Assembly: GCA_012295275.1 (NCBI GenBank) | Contig: CM022673.1 | Coordinates: forward strand, 21,266,001 to 21,330,000 | From: Chrysomallon squamiferum | Taxonomy: Eukaryota > Animalia > Mollusca | Direction of reading: 5' to 3' | Length of the DNA: 64,000 nucleotides | Shown: positions 1 to 20,928 of the stretch, in pieces | Position numbering within the stretch: the stretch's first letter is position 1 | Layout: the number at the start of each line of letters is the position of its first letter | Notes under the pieces: generated by a model | Databases searched by the model: none | Told to the model about the DNA's origin: nothing | What the model saw: only the letters and a program-made list of their open reading frames with translations | Position numbers and translations under genes: made by a program

Positions 1-196
1 GTGTTCGTGCAAGTTATGTTACAGTAGGCATACAATGTAGGCCTTCATGGCACTGTCACACTGGTCTAAAAATAGTGATGGTGCCTGGAATCTACAGTCG
101 ACTTATACACAAGTAATACCTAAAATGACGCAATGTTTGGTCTTAAAATACACATCGACTTATACATACGGTCGCCTTGTACACAAATATATACGG
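1..196. mobile_element. Right end of a Tc1/mariner-superfamily (Tc2/pogo-like) non-autonomous element or MITE, cut by the window start
   Basis: Repeated subterminal TCGACTTATAC motifs (~98, ~156). The element ends ...AATATATACGG followed by TA, the reverse complement of a CCGTATAT-type TIR with a TA target site. Family assignment is by motif recollection only. Confidence 0.55.
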
Positions 197-880
197 TAAC
201 AGTTCAAGTATGCTTAACATAGGTATAACATCAGATATTTTCTAGTTGGGCAACCATTTGTGTCCACATTTTGCTTATGCCTGGGTCTCTCCAACGACAA
301 ACAGGATTTTATGTATTATTAAACTCTTAGTATTAAAAACTTAGTCTGTCATTATCACAGTATACTATTGTTTATCTTCAGTCATTGGCAGTACTTGGTT
401 ATAATATACTTATGTCCCACAGTGAACCTGATATAGTTTGATAGTCCTGAATTTGGGAATAGTATTTGTTAGCTTCCAGCTAGTGAAAAACCATATTATA
501 CATTATATATGTGAGAAGGTACATATAATACAAGAATCCCTGACTGCTGATTAGTAAGACCAAACCACAAAATGATAAAACTACCAGTGATGGCAATGAT
601 AATACAAGAAATTCATTCATTACAATGCTATTACTGTTGTTGTTGTTGCTGCTGCTGCTGCTGTTGTTGTTACAGGTGACAGTGTAAAACAAACACTGTA
701 TAGATAGAGAGTGAGTGAGTGTTAATCCAAGTAAAATTACGTGTCCTTTGCAGTAATGAAGTCATATTTTCAGTTATTTTAAGGTCTGTTATTTATTCAG
801 AATCATTAAAAGTTTATTTTTTAAACATTTTTATAACAACAGATGTATGATAAACTATTCTAATTTACATTCAGATAACT

Positions 881-914
<34 letters not shown>

Positions 915-990
915 GCATTTCACAAATATTCCACACACTCAGTATTTCACTAATATTAGACCTAGACCTAGAGCTATTAAAATCAAATTG

Positions 991-1126
991 ATTGCCATGG
1001 TAACAATATCCTCAATTTTCCTACAAAGATAAAATCATGGCTTGTTGAAGATGGAATGCACTCCCACACTGAAGAAGGTCTATTTATAAACCTCTTCTGA
1101 AGTGTGTAAAGCCTGATGGTGACTCA
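991..1126. promoter_or_regulatory. Candidate enhancer motif cluster upstream of the DNAJB6 coding start
   Basis: X-box-like ATTGCCATGGTAAC (991-1004), TEAD-like TGGAATG (~1052), MEF2-type CTATTTATAA (1080-1089) and AP-1 TGACTCA (1120-1126). Confidence 0.3.
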
Positions 1127-1523
1127 GTTTTTCTATTTCTGTTTAGCTTATTCCTCCAGGGATGCTGGATGAAATACTCTTCATTTAACACCTCATTTGC
1201 AAATTACATATATGTGAAAATTTGAATACTAATCTACTGATGGGTTTTGTTTTATTGATTTTACGTTTGACATGCAAGCTGCATGGATAACTGCAGGTTG
1301 ATGTATAGTTCATGTGGCTGGCACTGTTGATAATATACATCAGTTGACAGAATAACTAAGTACAAGTGTTACCTGCAGTTACAAGGTATTGGTTAGTATG
1401 CTTATTTTATGCTGTAGTTATACTCTATTTAATTAGGATAAGATTGTAAACTGAACATAAATATTGAACATAAATATTAATTGAACCAGTCAGATAATTT
1501 TTGGCATTATAGTGGAACTGCTT

Positions 1524-1623
1524 TGTGTGTGTGTGTGTGTGTGTGAAATGGTTAAATGTATGTGTGCATGAGTGTGTGAAATGGTTGAATGTATGTGTGT
1601 GCATGAGTGTGTATGTGAGAGAG

Positions 1624-1669
<46 letters not shown>
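1524..1669. repeat. (TG)n, a ~33-bp tandem duplication, and (GA)n microsatellite
   Basis: Directly visible; gtgtgaaatggtt(a/g)aatgtatgtgtg occurs twice. Confidence 0.9.
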
Positions 1670-1673
<4 letters not shown>

Positions 1674-2376
1674 TTATTGTAATAATATTAAGGATTATTT
1701 GGACTTTATTTTGGATGTGTATAGAAAGAAATTTTTGTAACATTTACCCTGTTTACATAAGTATAAGTGCTGTACTTGTACACCAACTTGGGTAAACATT
1801 TGTTAATAATTTATTGGTAGTTGACCTCACTGTTTTGAACATTAGCTTTCTTATCACTTGCATAAGCACAAGTAAAATATCCTAAAGATCCAGTCATAAG
1901 TGTTTGTAATGTAAGAGAACTTTAAAATTAACTGCTAATATTATTTCTAATCTTTTTTCTTCTTCTTCTTCTTTATTTCTTCATTGTAGCAGTTTTTGTT
2001 TTAAATTATCAAAACATGATTTCAAAGTGTTTTATTCTGTATATAACTCAGACAGACAGGAATTGTGAGTTAATTTTTATTTATGGTTATTTCATTGCTG
2101 ATGTGGCTGTTTTACTAGTTTTTTTTAGTTTTTTATTAACAATTGTATGAGAATAAACAAATTAGATTCATGAAAATTGTAAACCAGTGGTGTTAATTAT
2201 TAACCACAGCATTTGTGTGTTCATATATTTCAAGTTTTTAAACATCCATTGTGGGTTTTTTTTTTTTGTGTGTGTGTGTGTGTGTGTGTTTTCTTTTATT
2301 ATAATTTTTAGTTTTATTATTATTATCATTTTATTTCTGATTTTAGTTGCAGCATATAATCAGTGTTTCTGTCATC

Positions 2377-5300
2377 ATGCCAGCAACAGCAAGATGGTAT
2401 TATTATGAAGTTCTTGGAGTTTCAAGGAATGCCACCACAAAAGAAATTAAAAAAGCGTAAGTGTCATTTTAAAATTTTAATTTACTATTGCCATTTATAA
2501 CATTAAATTACTTTGCCTTTAGTATATGTATATATATCTTTAGAATCAGATAATGTCAATTTTTAATCTACAGATACAGAAGACTTGCTTTGAAATGGCA
2601 TCCTGACAAAAATCCAGACAAAAAGGATGAGGCTGAAAGGAAATTTAAAGAACTGGCAGAAGCTTATGAAGTATTATCAGACAGTAAGAAAACTACATTA
2701 CTTTAAATATCTAAACATTACTGAGTGCTTTATTAACAATGAAAACAATACTAAAAAAAGTAAATTGTAGGCAGTTATATAAGAAAAAATACTGTGCTAA
2801 ATGTTTTTACTGAATTGCACACATTTTAGATAAATGTAATTTAATAAAAAAAGATGATTTACCCTATATATGTTATATACCCTATACTGTTAAGGTTAAA
2901 TATCTGCTGATTTTTTAATTTGTTTAATAAATAATTTTAATTATTAAATATTAAAAAATGTATGTAGGTTCTAATGATATTATTACTATTGTGTTTTTGG
3001 TTTTATCATTATGTTTTTATATATTCATTTACATGTATTTGTTGATGCTCGTTTTCGATTATTAATCATTGTTTCAATCAATATTTTTAATCTTTTTTTT
3101 TTTTTTAATCTGTTATTTTAAAGATAAACTATTACTCAGTCTTTCATCTGTATAGTGATTCAGAATATCTGTCAGAACAAATGTATTAATTTATTTCTTA
3201 TTATATTTGTTAGTTCATATATAATCATGTTTATTTTGTTTCAATTTTATTTTTCAGCCAAGAAACGAGATATCTATGACAGGTATGGTAAAGAGGGTTT
3301 GACAGGAGACCATGGCTATACTACTGAAGATTTTGCTCCATTTGGTGGGGGTAGCTTCCACTTTCATTTCCGCAGTCCTGAAGATGTCTTCAGAGACTTT
3401 TTTGGAACAGATGATCCATTTGCAAGCCTCTTTGGCAGTAAGACAGTGTTTCATTATAGTAAATAGTAAAATGAATAGATGTGTTAGCAAGACCAGCTGC
3501 CTAAAGATCCCAGCAACTATAAATATATAGATTTCAATAGTGGTTTCAGTATTAACACTCTAACAAACTTAAGAAATTCTGTTGCTTGAACTAACTGTGT
3601 GTAACAAAAGGATCTTTTTATTGAATTTTTATGAATTGTTTGTCTAACATTTTTGTCCCACCAGTGACTTTAAACATATGAAATGAAAGAGTAATTTGAC
3701 AAGTCATTAGATTATATATATATGATTTGTCTACTAATCTGATGGTGTGGAAAGGCAATAAGTTATAATTTAAATTTCAACTGTTTTTAATGATATTCAT
3801 GAATAAAATTAATTTAGATTAGGTGGAAATATTTTAATTAGATAGTGCATACTGATGTATATTTTTCAGTAATTTAAATTTTGTATTATATTTTCATTTA
3901 AATTGAGAATGTGCACACAGTTGTTAGAAGATACTCCTATTTGCATGCCTTAATAAGCATGTTAATTTGATCTGAAACCTGCTGTTTTGTTAATTTAAAA
4001 TTGTTTTAAATATTTTCTGATTGGTACCAAAACATTTTTTAATCAGGATTATTAAGGATATTTAAGATCTGAAATTGTTCTAAATATTTTTAAAGTATTT
4101 CTGTTGTTTAATTGGAGTTTGTTCAGATTTTTCTTCTTTTTTATTTTAAAATTCCCTAAAAATAATATTGCATGAAACAAAAGTTTTTAACACATTTTGC
4201 ACAGAGTGATACTAACAAAAGTGATGGGCTTTTATTTTGTATTTTGAAATTGTTTCAGTAGCTTTGATTTTGTAAGATTACACTGACTCAAACTAAAGGT
4301 GATGGTCACTGGCATGGTTTTACTTCCTGTGGAAGTTTAATGGCAAATGTTTGGTGTTTTAGGTAGCATGAGTACTGACTTCAATGGCTCCATGTTTGAA
4401 CAGTCATTTTCTGGCTTTCCAGGCTCCTCATTCTCATCATCATTTTTTGGCGGTGGCTTCGACCCATTTGCAGGTTCTGGGTGAGTAGGATTTTTTCTTT
4501 TTTTTTTCTTTTTTAATGTACTATGGCTGTCTTCTGAAAAAATTTAAATAAATAAAGTCAAAATGATTAATTTTTATCTAATTTACAGAACATGTATTTA
4601 AAAAATAATAATAAATTAACATGATATGTTTTAATGAACAATTTTATGAATAATCATTTATAATGCAGCTTCAAGAGTACTCATTATTTAATTTTTGCAG
4701 CTGAAATACAGAATGGCTCTCAAGTTTAATACAGTTTGCCTTTCATCATACTCAGCATCTGTTTTCTTTATTTAACATAGTATTTCAAAAAACACATAAA
4801 GAAATGGAACATTAAAGATATTCTGAGCATTCAGGATAAATATTTATAATACCTATTTTGGGTAACAGTTTCAGTTTAAGTGAGCTTATGTAACAGTATG
4901 AATGTATTTCTTAAAATGCAAGAAAATGCCATTGTTGTTGATGATCTGTTTTTTAAATAACACACAAAACAGCTATGGGTATATTCAAACTGTTAAAATG
5001 GATTTTAAATCATTTTTTACATTTTCTTTCTCAGTTTTTCATCCCATTTTTCAAGTACATCATTTGGTGGTCCATCTACTGGTGGAAATTTCCGTTCTAC
5101 ATCAACATCAATAAAATACATCAATGGGAAAAAAGTTGTCACCAAAAAGTAAGTGGAATTAAATAGACTTTGTAAGTATGAAAATTTGTTGTAACATAAA
5201 TTGTGAATTAAATAAAAATATTCTGCTGTCCGAAATAATTGTTTTTTAAAACGGATAATGATGAAATGTATAAGTTACTAAATTACATGATTATAAAAAC

Positions 5301-5679
5301 AAAATCACTAAATTCATTACTAGATTGTACTTATTAAAACAAAATGTTTAACAAATTTAATTCTGTGAATTAACAGTACATTAAAACTACTTACAGTATC
5401 TTTACTATCAAAATTTTCAGAGCAAAATTATGTCATATTAATAGTAATAAAATAAATTGTTCCAAATAATTTTTAGAAAGATATTTTAGTACAGGTATGA
5501 ACTTCTTTTAAGCATGAATCAATTCAGTTTAAAATGTACACTATACTTATTACAGAGTTGTTGAAAATGGTACTGAAACTGTGGTTATCGAAGAAGATGG
5601 TGTCCTCAAATCTAAATCTGTAAATGGAGTTCAGCAGATGCTGGAAAGTGGGCGATCTCACCACAGCATCAGAGCATAG
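2377..5679 (+). CDS. DNAJB6: DnaJ/Hsp40 class B co-chaperone, DNAJB6-like (~241 aa, 6 coding exons)
   Basis: Exons 2377-2456, 2574-2683, 3258-3437, 4363-4480, 5035-5148, 5556-5679. J-domain YYEVLGV...[10 protein letters not shown]...[11 protein letters not shown] region [17 protein letters not shown]-rich [21 protein letters not shown] and C-terminal [23 protein letters not shown], all typical of DNAJB6/B2/B8. Confidence 0.92.
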
Positions 5680-8600
5680 ACTTTGCCGTGAATCTAACAA
5701 AACATGATTATATATTGCTGACATTTGCTAAAAGAATCAAACTCTTAATCTGGATTTGGTAAACCATTTGTTATGAAGAAAAACTATCATTCTTACTAAT
5801 TGTATTCTTTTTTTGAAGTTAAAAAGAATGCTTTGATGTTTGGATTTTTTTTCAGTGGTTATTCCAAGTTACGGATATTGAAATAATCGTTTATTTCAAA
5901 GAAAATTATAATTATTTTATTTTTAATGATATGTATGATAAAAATATTTATATTTAAAATTATTCTTTTGGGGTTTTTTTTCTTACTAAATGGGTAAAAA
6001 CAAAGTGGTAGGAAGGTATAAACATAAAAGGACACTGGGAAACTGGTCCAGAAAAAAACTAATTATTGCTTGTGTTATATGTATTATGTATATAGTTCTG
6101 TATCTGTGGTGTGTTATGTATATTTATGCCTGATTGGTATTACATGTTTTTTAACAAGCTGTTATTCCATTAAGTCTTCAGTATACAAATAAAGTATACC
6201 ACCTCAAAGAGTCAAATGCAGTTAATATATTGTAGCAAAAAGTCCACAGTATCTGGTATATCATCTGCCAAATATTAATAAATCTGTTCAGAAGATTTTT
6301 AATGTGGCAACTGAAAGTAATTTTCCAGTATTTTTGAAAAGATTATCAGCTACATAAATTTACCAGTCTTGTACATAGTTATTCCAAAATCACACCATAA
6401 TGACAATTTTGTTAAAAATTATAAGATACATAAATTGGTCAGAAAAGTTTGGCAAAATTTTAGTTTTGCCATAATTTTTTTTAAAGAATGTTACAAGTCT
6501 CTTTTTCTTTTCAATTCTCCATTAATTGTAATGAGCAGCAAAAATGAATGTTTAGAATAAACAATTCAAATAGGTTTTATTTTTTATTTTATTTTTTATT
6601 TCTTGTTTTTTAAATAATTTTTTTTACTAAACTTGAAATACATGCCTTAACAACGAAAAAAATAAAAATATTGTATTGCTCATTCCTGCCAGTACAGCTG
6701 ATCTTAATTTTATTAATATAAGCAGTCTAAAACAATTAATATCATACTTTTTATTTTCTTCACTGATGCAGTAATCCTTGTCAGTGTAGTTATTTTGTTG
6801 TTTATTTCAATTCTGTTAGTCTAGTGATACATGTAGATGTGCTGTAGGGTTTTTTGTTGTTTTTTTTAATCTATCTGTCGTATCAGTATAGACAAGTATG
6901 TAGATACTTTGAGTAATTCCTGAGTTTTCATTATAATTTCCAGAATTATTCTTGGAATTTTATTTCTTTTAACTTAAGAGTAGTTTTCTATTAAGGTTAG
7001 CCAAACACTGATAGGGAATTGGGTGACTCATTTTAATACAGGGTGATGTTTCTTTATTTTTACTTCAAACATTTGCAGTTGATTTCTCTGAACAGATCTC
7101 ATTTAAATTTATATTGACCATAGTGCAAAGGTACAAAAAGGAAGTTACTTTCTATATCTGAAATTGTTTTCTTCAAGGCATCTGCTTCCATAGTTTTGAA
7201 AAAGCACACACTGTTTGATATAGATTAGATTGCTTAAAAGTCTTCAAGATGAAACTGTCACTATTACTTACGGATTACTATTAAACCCAAATCTGTTCCA
7301 TCTAATACAATGTAAAAAAAAAAAAAATGAACAACACAATTACTTGGAAAATAAAAACTACCTTAACAATAAAACATGTTAACTAACATAAAACGATCTT
7401 TGTGTTGTTGATTATATATTTAAAGTTTTTTGTTGTATCTGTGTTACTTTACTAATCTTCAGACTCTTAAGCAAATTGCCTCAACTGATTTTTTGGAGAT
7501 TTACATCGGTTTATCTGAACAAGATAGGCAGATATAAAATGGAACAAAATATATATATAACAGGGTTCCCTCTAAGAAATCTTAAAACTAATAAAGTTTC
7601 TATAGAAGGTATGAAAATGCTCACTATAATTACCAGTGAAAATATTGTTTGTGCAAACCTTCAGTCGACACTAGATTACAGATTAGGCTTAGATTCCATA
7701 AGCATTTTGAACCTTAGAGATAGCAACATCTCACATTATTAGAGTTCATTATTAAATTTGAATACAACAATTGCCATAATTATTTGTTTTAAAGTCCTTC
7801 TCAAATATGGCTGTCTGTAGTTGTAAAAGAAGTATGCTGGTGTACAAAAAAGTTAAATCTGTATCTGAATAAAATTTTCAACTAACCTTTTTTGTTCTTT
7901 TTTATAACTTTTTTTAATTTATACTCTCTCTTTCTCTCTCAAAATAGGCAATTCATTTCAGACTATCTAAAATAATTTCAGAATGGTGTGAAAATGCATA
8001 TAAAAAGATTTATATAAATTTAAATTGAGTAACAACTGATTTTCAGATATCAAACTAATAGCTGTATGACTTGTTTGTACTAATATGTTAAGTAACAATT
8101 ATTTCATGTGAATACTGGTATATACTTAATATTTATGATCAATTATCTTTGTAAATATTTGTTCTATTTAAGTATTTATTGAATTATTTTTATGTTGAAG
8201 ATAAGTATTTTATGTAGATTTGAGATTTAAAAAAATAAATATATATTTTTATTATATCTATTATTATTATTACTTAAACATTTTTACATTTTTGTTGTGT
8301 ATTATGTAAAATAGAAAATAAAAATAAGAAATGATGAAAAACATATTTTGAACTTCTGTTTAAGTAAAATTTACTCATTATATATATATATTCTTTGTTT
8401 TGGGGGGTTTATAATTTTCTTTTTGTCTGTAAGATTCAGCTATTATAAAGCTTTTTACATCACTGCACATTTTTCTTGTTGATTGTATGGACATGTTATA
8501 ATGTTCTCAGATTTGACAATCACTGTGCCTGTATAATTATTTTAATTATATTATACTGTATAGAAACTGATTTTAAAAAGATCAACATTTGCACAGTCTT

Positions 8601-9326
8601 AGAAATTGCATTTTTGTCTTAACAGCAAGTAATGTGAATTTCTGTAAACAGTGAATCAGGGCCACCTATACATATGTACAATTGTTATAATAGACCATTT
8701 GAAATAAATACCTAATTAGCATGATTCATGTGAAAACATTTATATAGTATTAATGTTTCAGTAAACATCACACCTTTAGTATTGAAGGGATGATCCTAAC
8801 TAATTCGCTCATGCATTAGAAAGTTGCTCTGTACATGATACAACAATACAAACAAAACATTGGTTAGCATCCTTTTGTAAACATTTTAATGTTAAGGTAA
8901 ATATCAATACAGTAAAATATATTCAAACTAGTTACATGAAATAATAAGATACTATAATAATGATAAGACCAGTGTATTCTGACGTAAGGATATAAACAAA
9001 CAATTAAAAAACAAAAAGTACTTTGGCTCTAATAAAATGGAACAATGAATAAAGAATAAATTATTTTAAAATCTGTTAAAACTGAAAATTAATATAAATT
9101 TCTTAGATGATTCGGAAGTTTTAGGGCAAAGACACCAATTTGTTACCTTGTTCATAATATTTTCCATTATGTATTGGTTTACAGAAGACCAAATCTTTTA
9201 TGACAGTATTTCCTGTTAGAGTTGAAATTATATCAGTACATATAAGAAAATATTGAGGGTGTTCATTAAAGTTGATTTTTTTAATTTTATATTATTATTA
9301 TTATTATTACTACTACTACTAGTATT

Positions 9327-9430
9327 AAACGGTTTACCAAAACGGTTTAAAAATAATAATGAAATAAAAAGAAAACTTTGGTGCGCCAGTCTCGAGGAGC
9401 ATAATACCAAAGAAGAAGAAACATGGCGGG
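9327..9430 (+). promoter_or_regulatory. Putative MASTL core promoter
   Basis: CpG-containing patch just upstream of the ATG. It has a YY1-type AACATGGCGG (9420-9429), an E2F-like GGTGCGCCA (~9380) and a duplicated AAACGGTTTA (9327, 9340). Confidence 0.4.
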
Positions 9431-9505
9431 TTTTACAAAATGGTGTCAAACATTTTCTGTTTTGTTTGTGTGAAATAATAAATATATATTTTATATCTAG
9501 ATGTC

Positions 9506-17238
<7,733 letters not shown>

Positions 17239-20200
17239 ACTGTTGATAGAGAAGATACTGAATGAATGCAAGTAAAACATTATGAAGATGTGTTCTGTGA
17301 ATCTCAAACCACATATCGATAATTAGTCACAAGCCACATTACTAAATTATGTACATTATGGTTGATTTGACATTTGTTGATGAAAAATTTAATTCTTCTA
17401 AAAAGTATGTTATGTTTGATGATTGTTTCAGAAACTGGGACAATAGATCAATCATTTCATTTAATATTCTTGGTAATATTAATAATAACGATATCTTGAA
17501 AGTTAAAGCACTTATGGGAAAACATTTTTATGAAAACATTATAAAAAATGCATTTTGGTACATTTGTCTGTTTACACTACTGCACAAAATGACTGCTTGT
17601 AACTTGTTTTGTTTAAAAAGACTGTACTTCAGTTTTTTATATTTTCAATTGATGTTGATTTGTCTCACTGCAGTTATAAAAGAATATTTGATACAAGAAA
17701 ATCACTAAAAATCAAGATCAAATTGCAATTAGAAATATTTAAAAAATAATAAATGCATACATTTGTTTTTAAATAATATTCTTACCTAAAAGATTTCCTG
17801 CAATAATGTGATAGATTTTAATTATTTCAAACCTAATTTTTGTGTAAAATGGGTTTGAGAGGTTGATAAACATTTTGCACCTGCTTCCAGTTTAAGAGTG
17901 TTATTTATATATTTTGTTTTTGCACAGTAATTAAGAAGTAAGAACTTTTACTTTCTGTACCTGAGGCAAGAATAAATTAACTGAAGATCCTAAGCAACAC
18001 GAGTAAGTTTTGATAATCAAATGTAGAAAATCCATTGGTGATTCTTAAATCTAGAAAAAAAAAAAGTTAAAAAAGACCCATAATGGTTGGTCACTGAAAA
18101 TGTTGTCCTCATTGTTGTGAAAAATACAAATCCTGGGAGAAGGACTCTTGAGTTCATCATTATTTATACTTGACAGTGTTATTGAACGGTGTTATTCATT
18201 AGTGTTATTTATAACAGTACTTAAGCACCTATCTAATATAAAGCACTGGCCACATCTTTAACAATACCTGATATACAAAAAAATAAAATCAACAACCATG
18301 ACATTTTCAAAACATTGTGATGTATACAAAAATAATTTTAAGACATTGATTAAATTATTAAAATGAAACAAAACTGAATCTAAACCTACATAGAAATGTT
18401 TTTAATAAATATGTCTCATGGCAGTTACAAAAATGATTGCCAAGTTGTTTAATTTGTTGAAATTATTATTTTATTTTATTTTTTATTTTTATTGGAACTA
18501 GTTATTGAATTATGAAGTGGAGAACTAATGGTAAAAGGTGAAATATTTTGATGGATATATTTAGAATATTTATCATGCAGCATACCAAAATTAAGTTGTG
18601 TTTTGCAGTTATTTAGATATGGGAATTAAATAACCCTCCAAAAAACAAAGATATAAAAATATAAATCTCAGTATAATAGGATTATTTGAAGATGACAAAT
18701 ATAATAATAATAATCATAAAATGCTTATTTGGAACTTGGTATATACTTTCATTATTGGTTGAAGGATTATATATGAATACTATTTAGTGATATATGCATA
18801 CATTCATACATATATACATACATACATACATACATACATTCATATATCTGTATACATTATAAACAGTACTAAAAATATGAGCAACAATATTTGTGCAATA
18901 AATGTATCAAAGCTTTTCGTGATATATATCTGGTGACAGATGAATACATATCTTGTATAGCCAATGTAATTTTTATTGTTGGTTAATAAAGAAATACATG
19001 ATCTGTTTGTTATGGTTTTTTGTTAGTTATTCTGCAGAGTATAAAATTGATGGTGTTTTTTTTTTTTTTTTTTGTATTTTATATATATTTTGATGGAATT
19101 TAACCTTTATACAGCAGAATTATTATGGAAATCCTCCTTGATGGTGTAAGGGAAATAACTCTACTGTTTGCCTATGCAGAAAACATTCTATTTATTGAAT
19201 GGAATGTGTATATGAATTAATACTTTTTCTTATAGTGTTAAATTGGAAAGGAAATTTAAACATCTATGATATTTAATAATTAACAAATTGAAAACCAATT
19301 GCTGAATCAAGTCATGAACAGATGGATGATGGTGAATCTATCAAAAAAAAGAGATTTTCATGACATTAAGGAAACAGTTCCAAATTATTAGCTTTTTCCA
19401 TTACCTGTCTCAAATGGAAAATGTTTAATATTTGTAAACACTTGACTAGCAATAATCAATCCAGTGTGTGTGTGTGTGTGTGTGTGTGTCATGAATTTGA
19501 ATTATGAAGTTTATTTTAAAATTCAGTACAGTGAAAAGAAAAATAATTTATTTTAGGAATGATGGTTTCATTACATATATATACACACACAAACATGCAG
19601 ACAGACATACATAGGTATATTACAAGTAATAAATAAATAGCCACTTTAATAATTTAAAAATAATGAAAGAAATTCAGAAAGAACAATCAACTACAGCAGT
19701 TTATTTTAACCAGTTTTAATGTAAAAGTTTAAAATTCCTTGTATAGTTTTTCATAAAAATTGGAATTTAACAAAACAGAAATGCACTTGAAAATTTATAC
19801 ATATTAATATGTTACACAGAGTGACAAATTCACATTTCGGACATAAATAAATAAATATAAATATATTTCCACACATACCACAAATTTACAAGCAACCCCA
19901 CATAGAAATATAAACAAGCCTTTATTTATTAAAAAAAAACAAAAAAAAAACATTGTGGTGCAGATTCAATTTGCATTGATAAAATTGAAAAAAACACAAT
20001 TATATCTTATTTGAAGAATATTTCACGTTTGATGATAAATATTAAAGAATGAGGATCAGATGTAAAAATAATTAAATATAAATATGTTTATCTTTGGTTT
20101 ATGTAAAGTGTGCTTAATTGTTAAATGTCTCCAGATTTGAAGAAATATTTTTAAAATAAATCAAAACAGCAAACAAACTTCAGATTCAAATAAACTTAAG

Positions 20201-20928
20201 TAACTGTAAGCCACTTTCTATTTCAAATACTGATGGAATATTTTAAACTGTATACTGAATAAAGGTAATAGATATATAAAAAAAATGGCAGATTGTACTT
20301 TTATAATTTTAACTAATTTATTTGTCACTTATTTCAAACATCAAATATAAAAAGTGAAGTAGTTTATTCACAAATATTGGAGGAATTTGTTTTACAATTT
20401 ATATATTTATATTCTGCAAAAATACTGATTATGGCAGTTCATAATAATGATAATGAGCAAGACCGTACATTGTAAATATAAAAACAAATACTCTTAAAAT
20501 TTAACATATGATGCACCAATCACATCCCTTAACAAAATGACAGTAAATACTAATGAGACAGTTCTCATATAGCAATTCAAAAATAAAAATAAAATAAATT
20601 ATAAAACCCCACAACATACATGATACTGTAAATTAAGGAACTGAACATTTTTCTTTGGTTAAATTTAACTTTTTATCTTCCAAGAATCTATACTATTTGC
20701 AGTTTTGTGTGATTGGCATTTTATTTATTTTTCCATTTGTTTAAATAAATTTAAATTGTAGCCCATAACTACAACTTAACAAACATAAATTAAGTTTAGT
20801 TTGTTTACATTTAAATCCAGATCTTCAAAAATCTTTTGAGTAATTTATTTTTCTATGAATTAAATTCATTTTAGTCCACCTCTCCCTCCAGTTCTTCAAA
20901 GATATTACCAGTAATGTTTTGTTTTACT

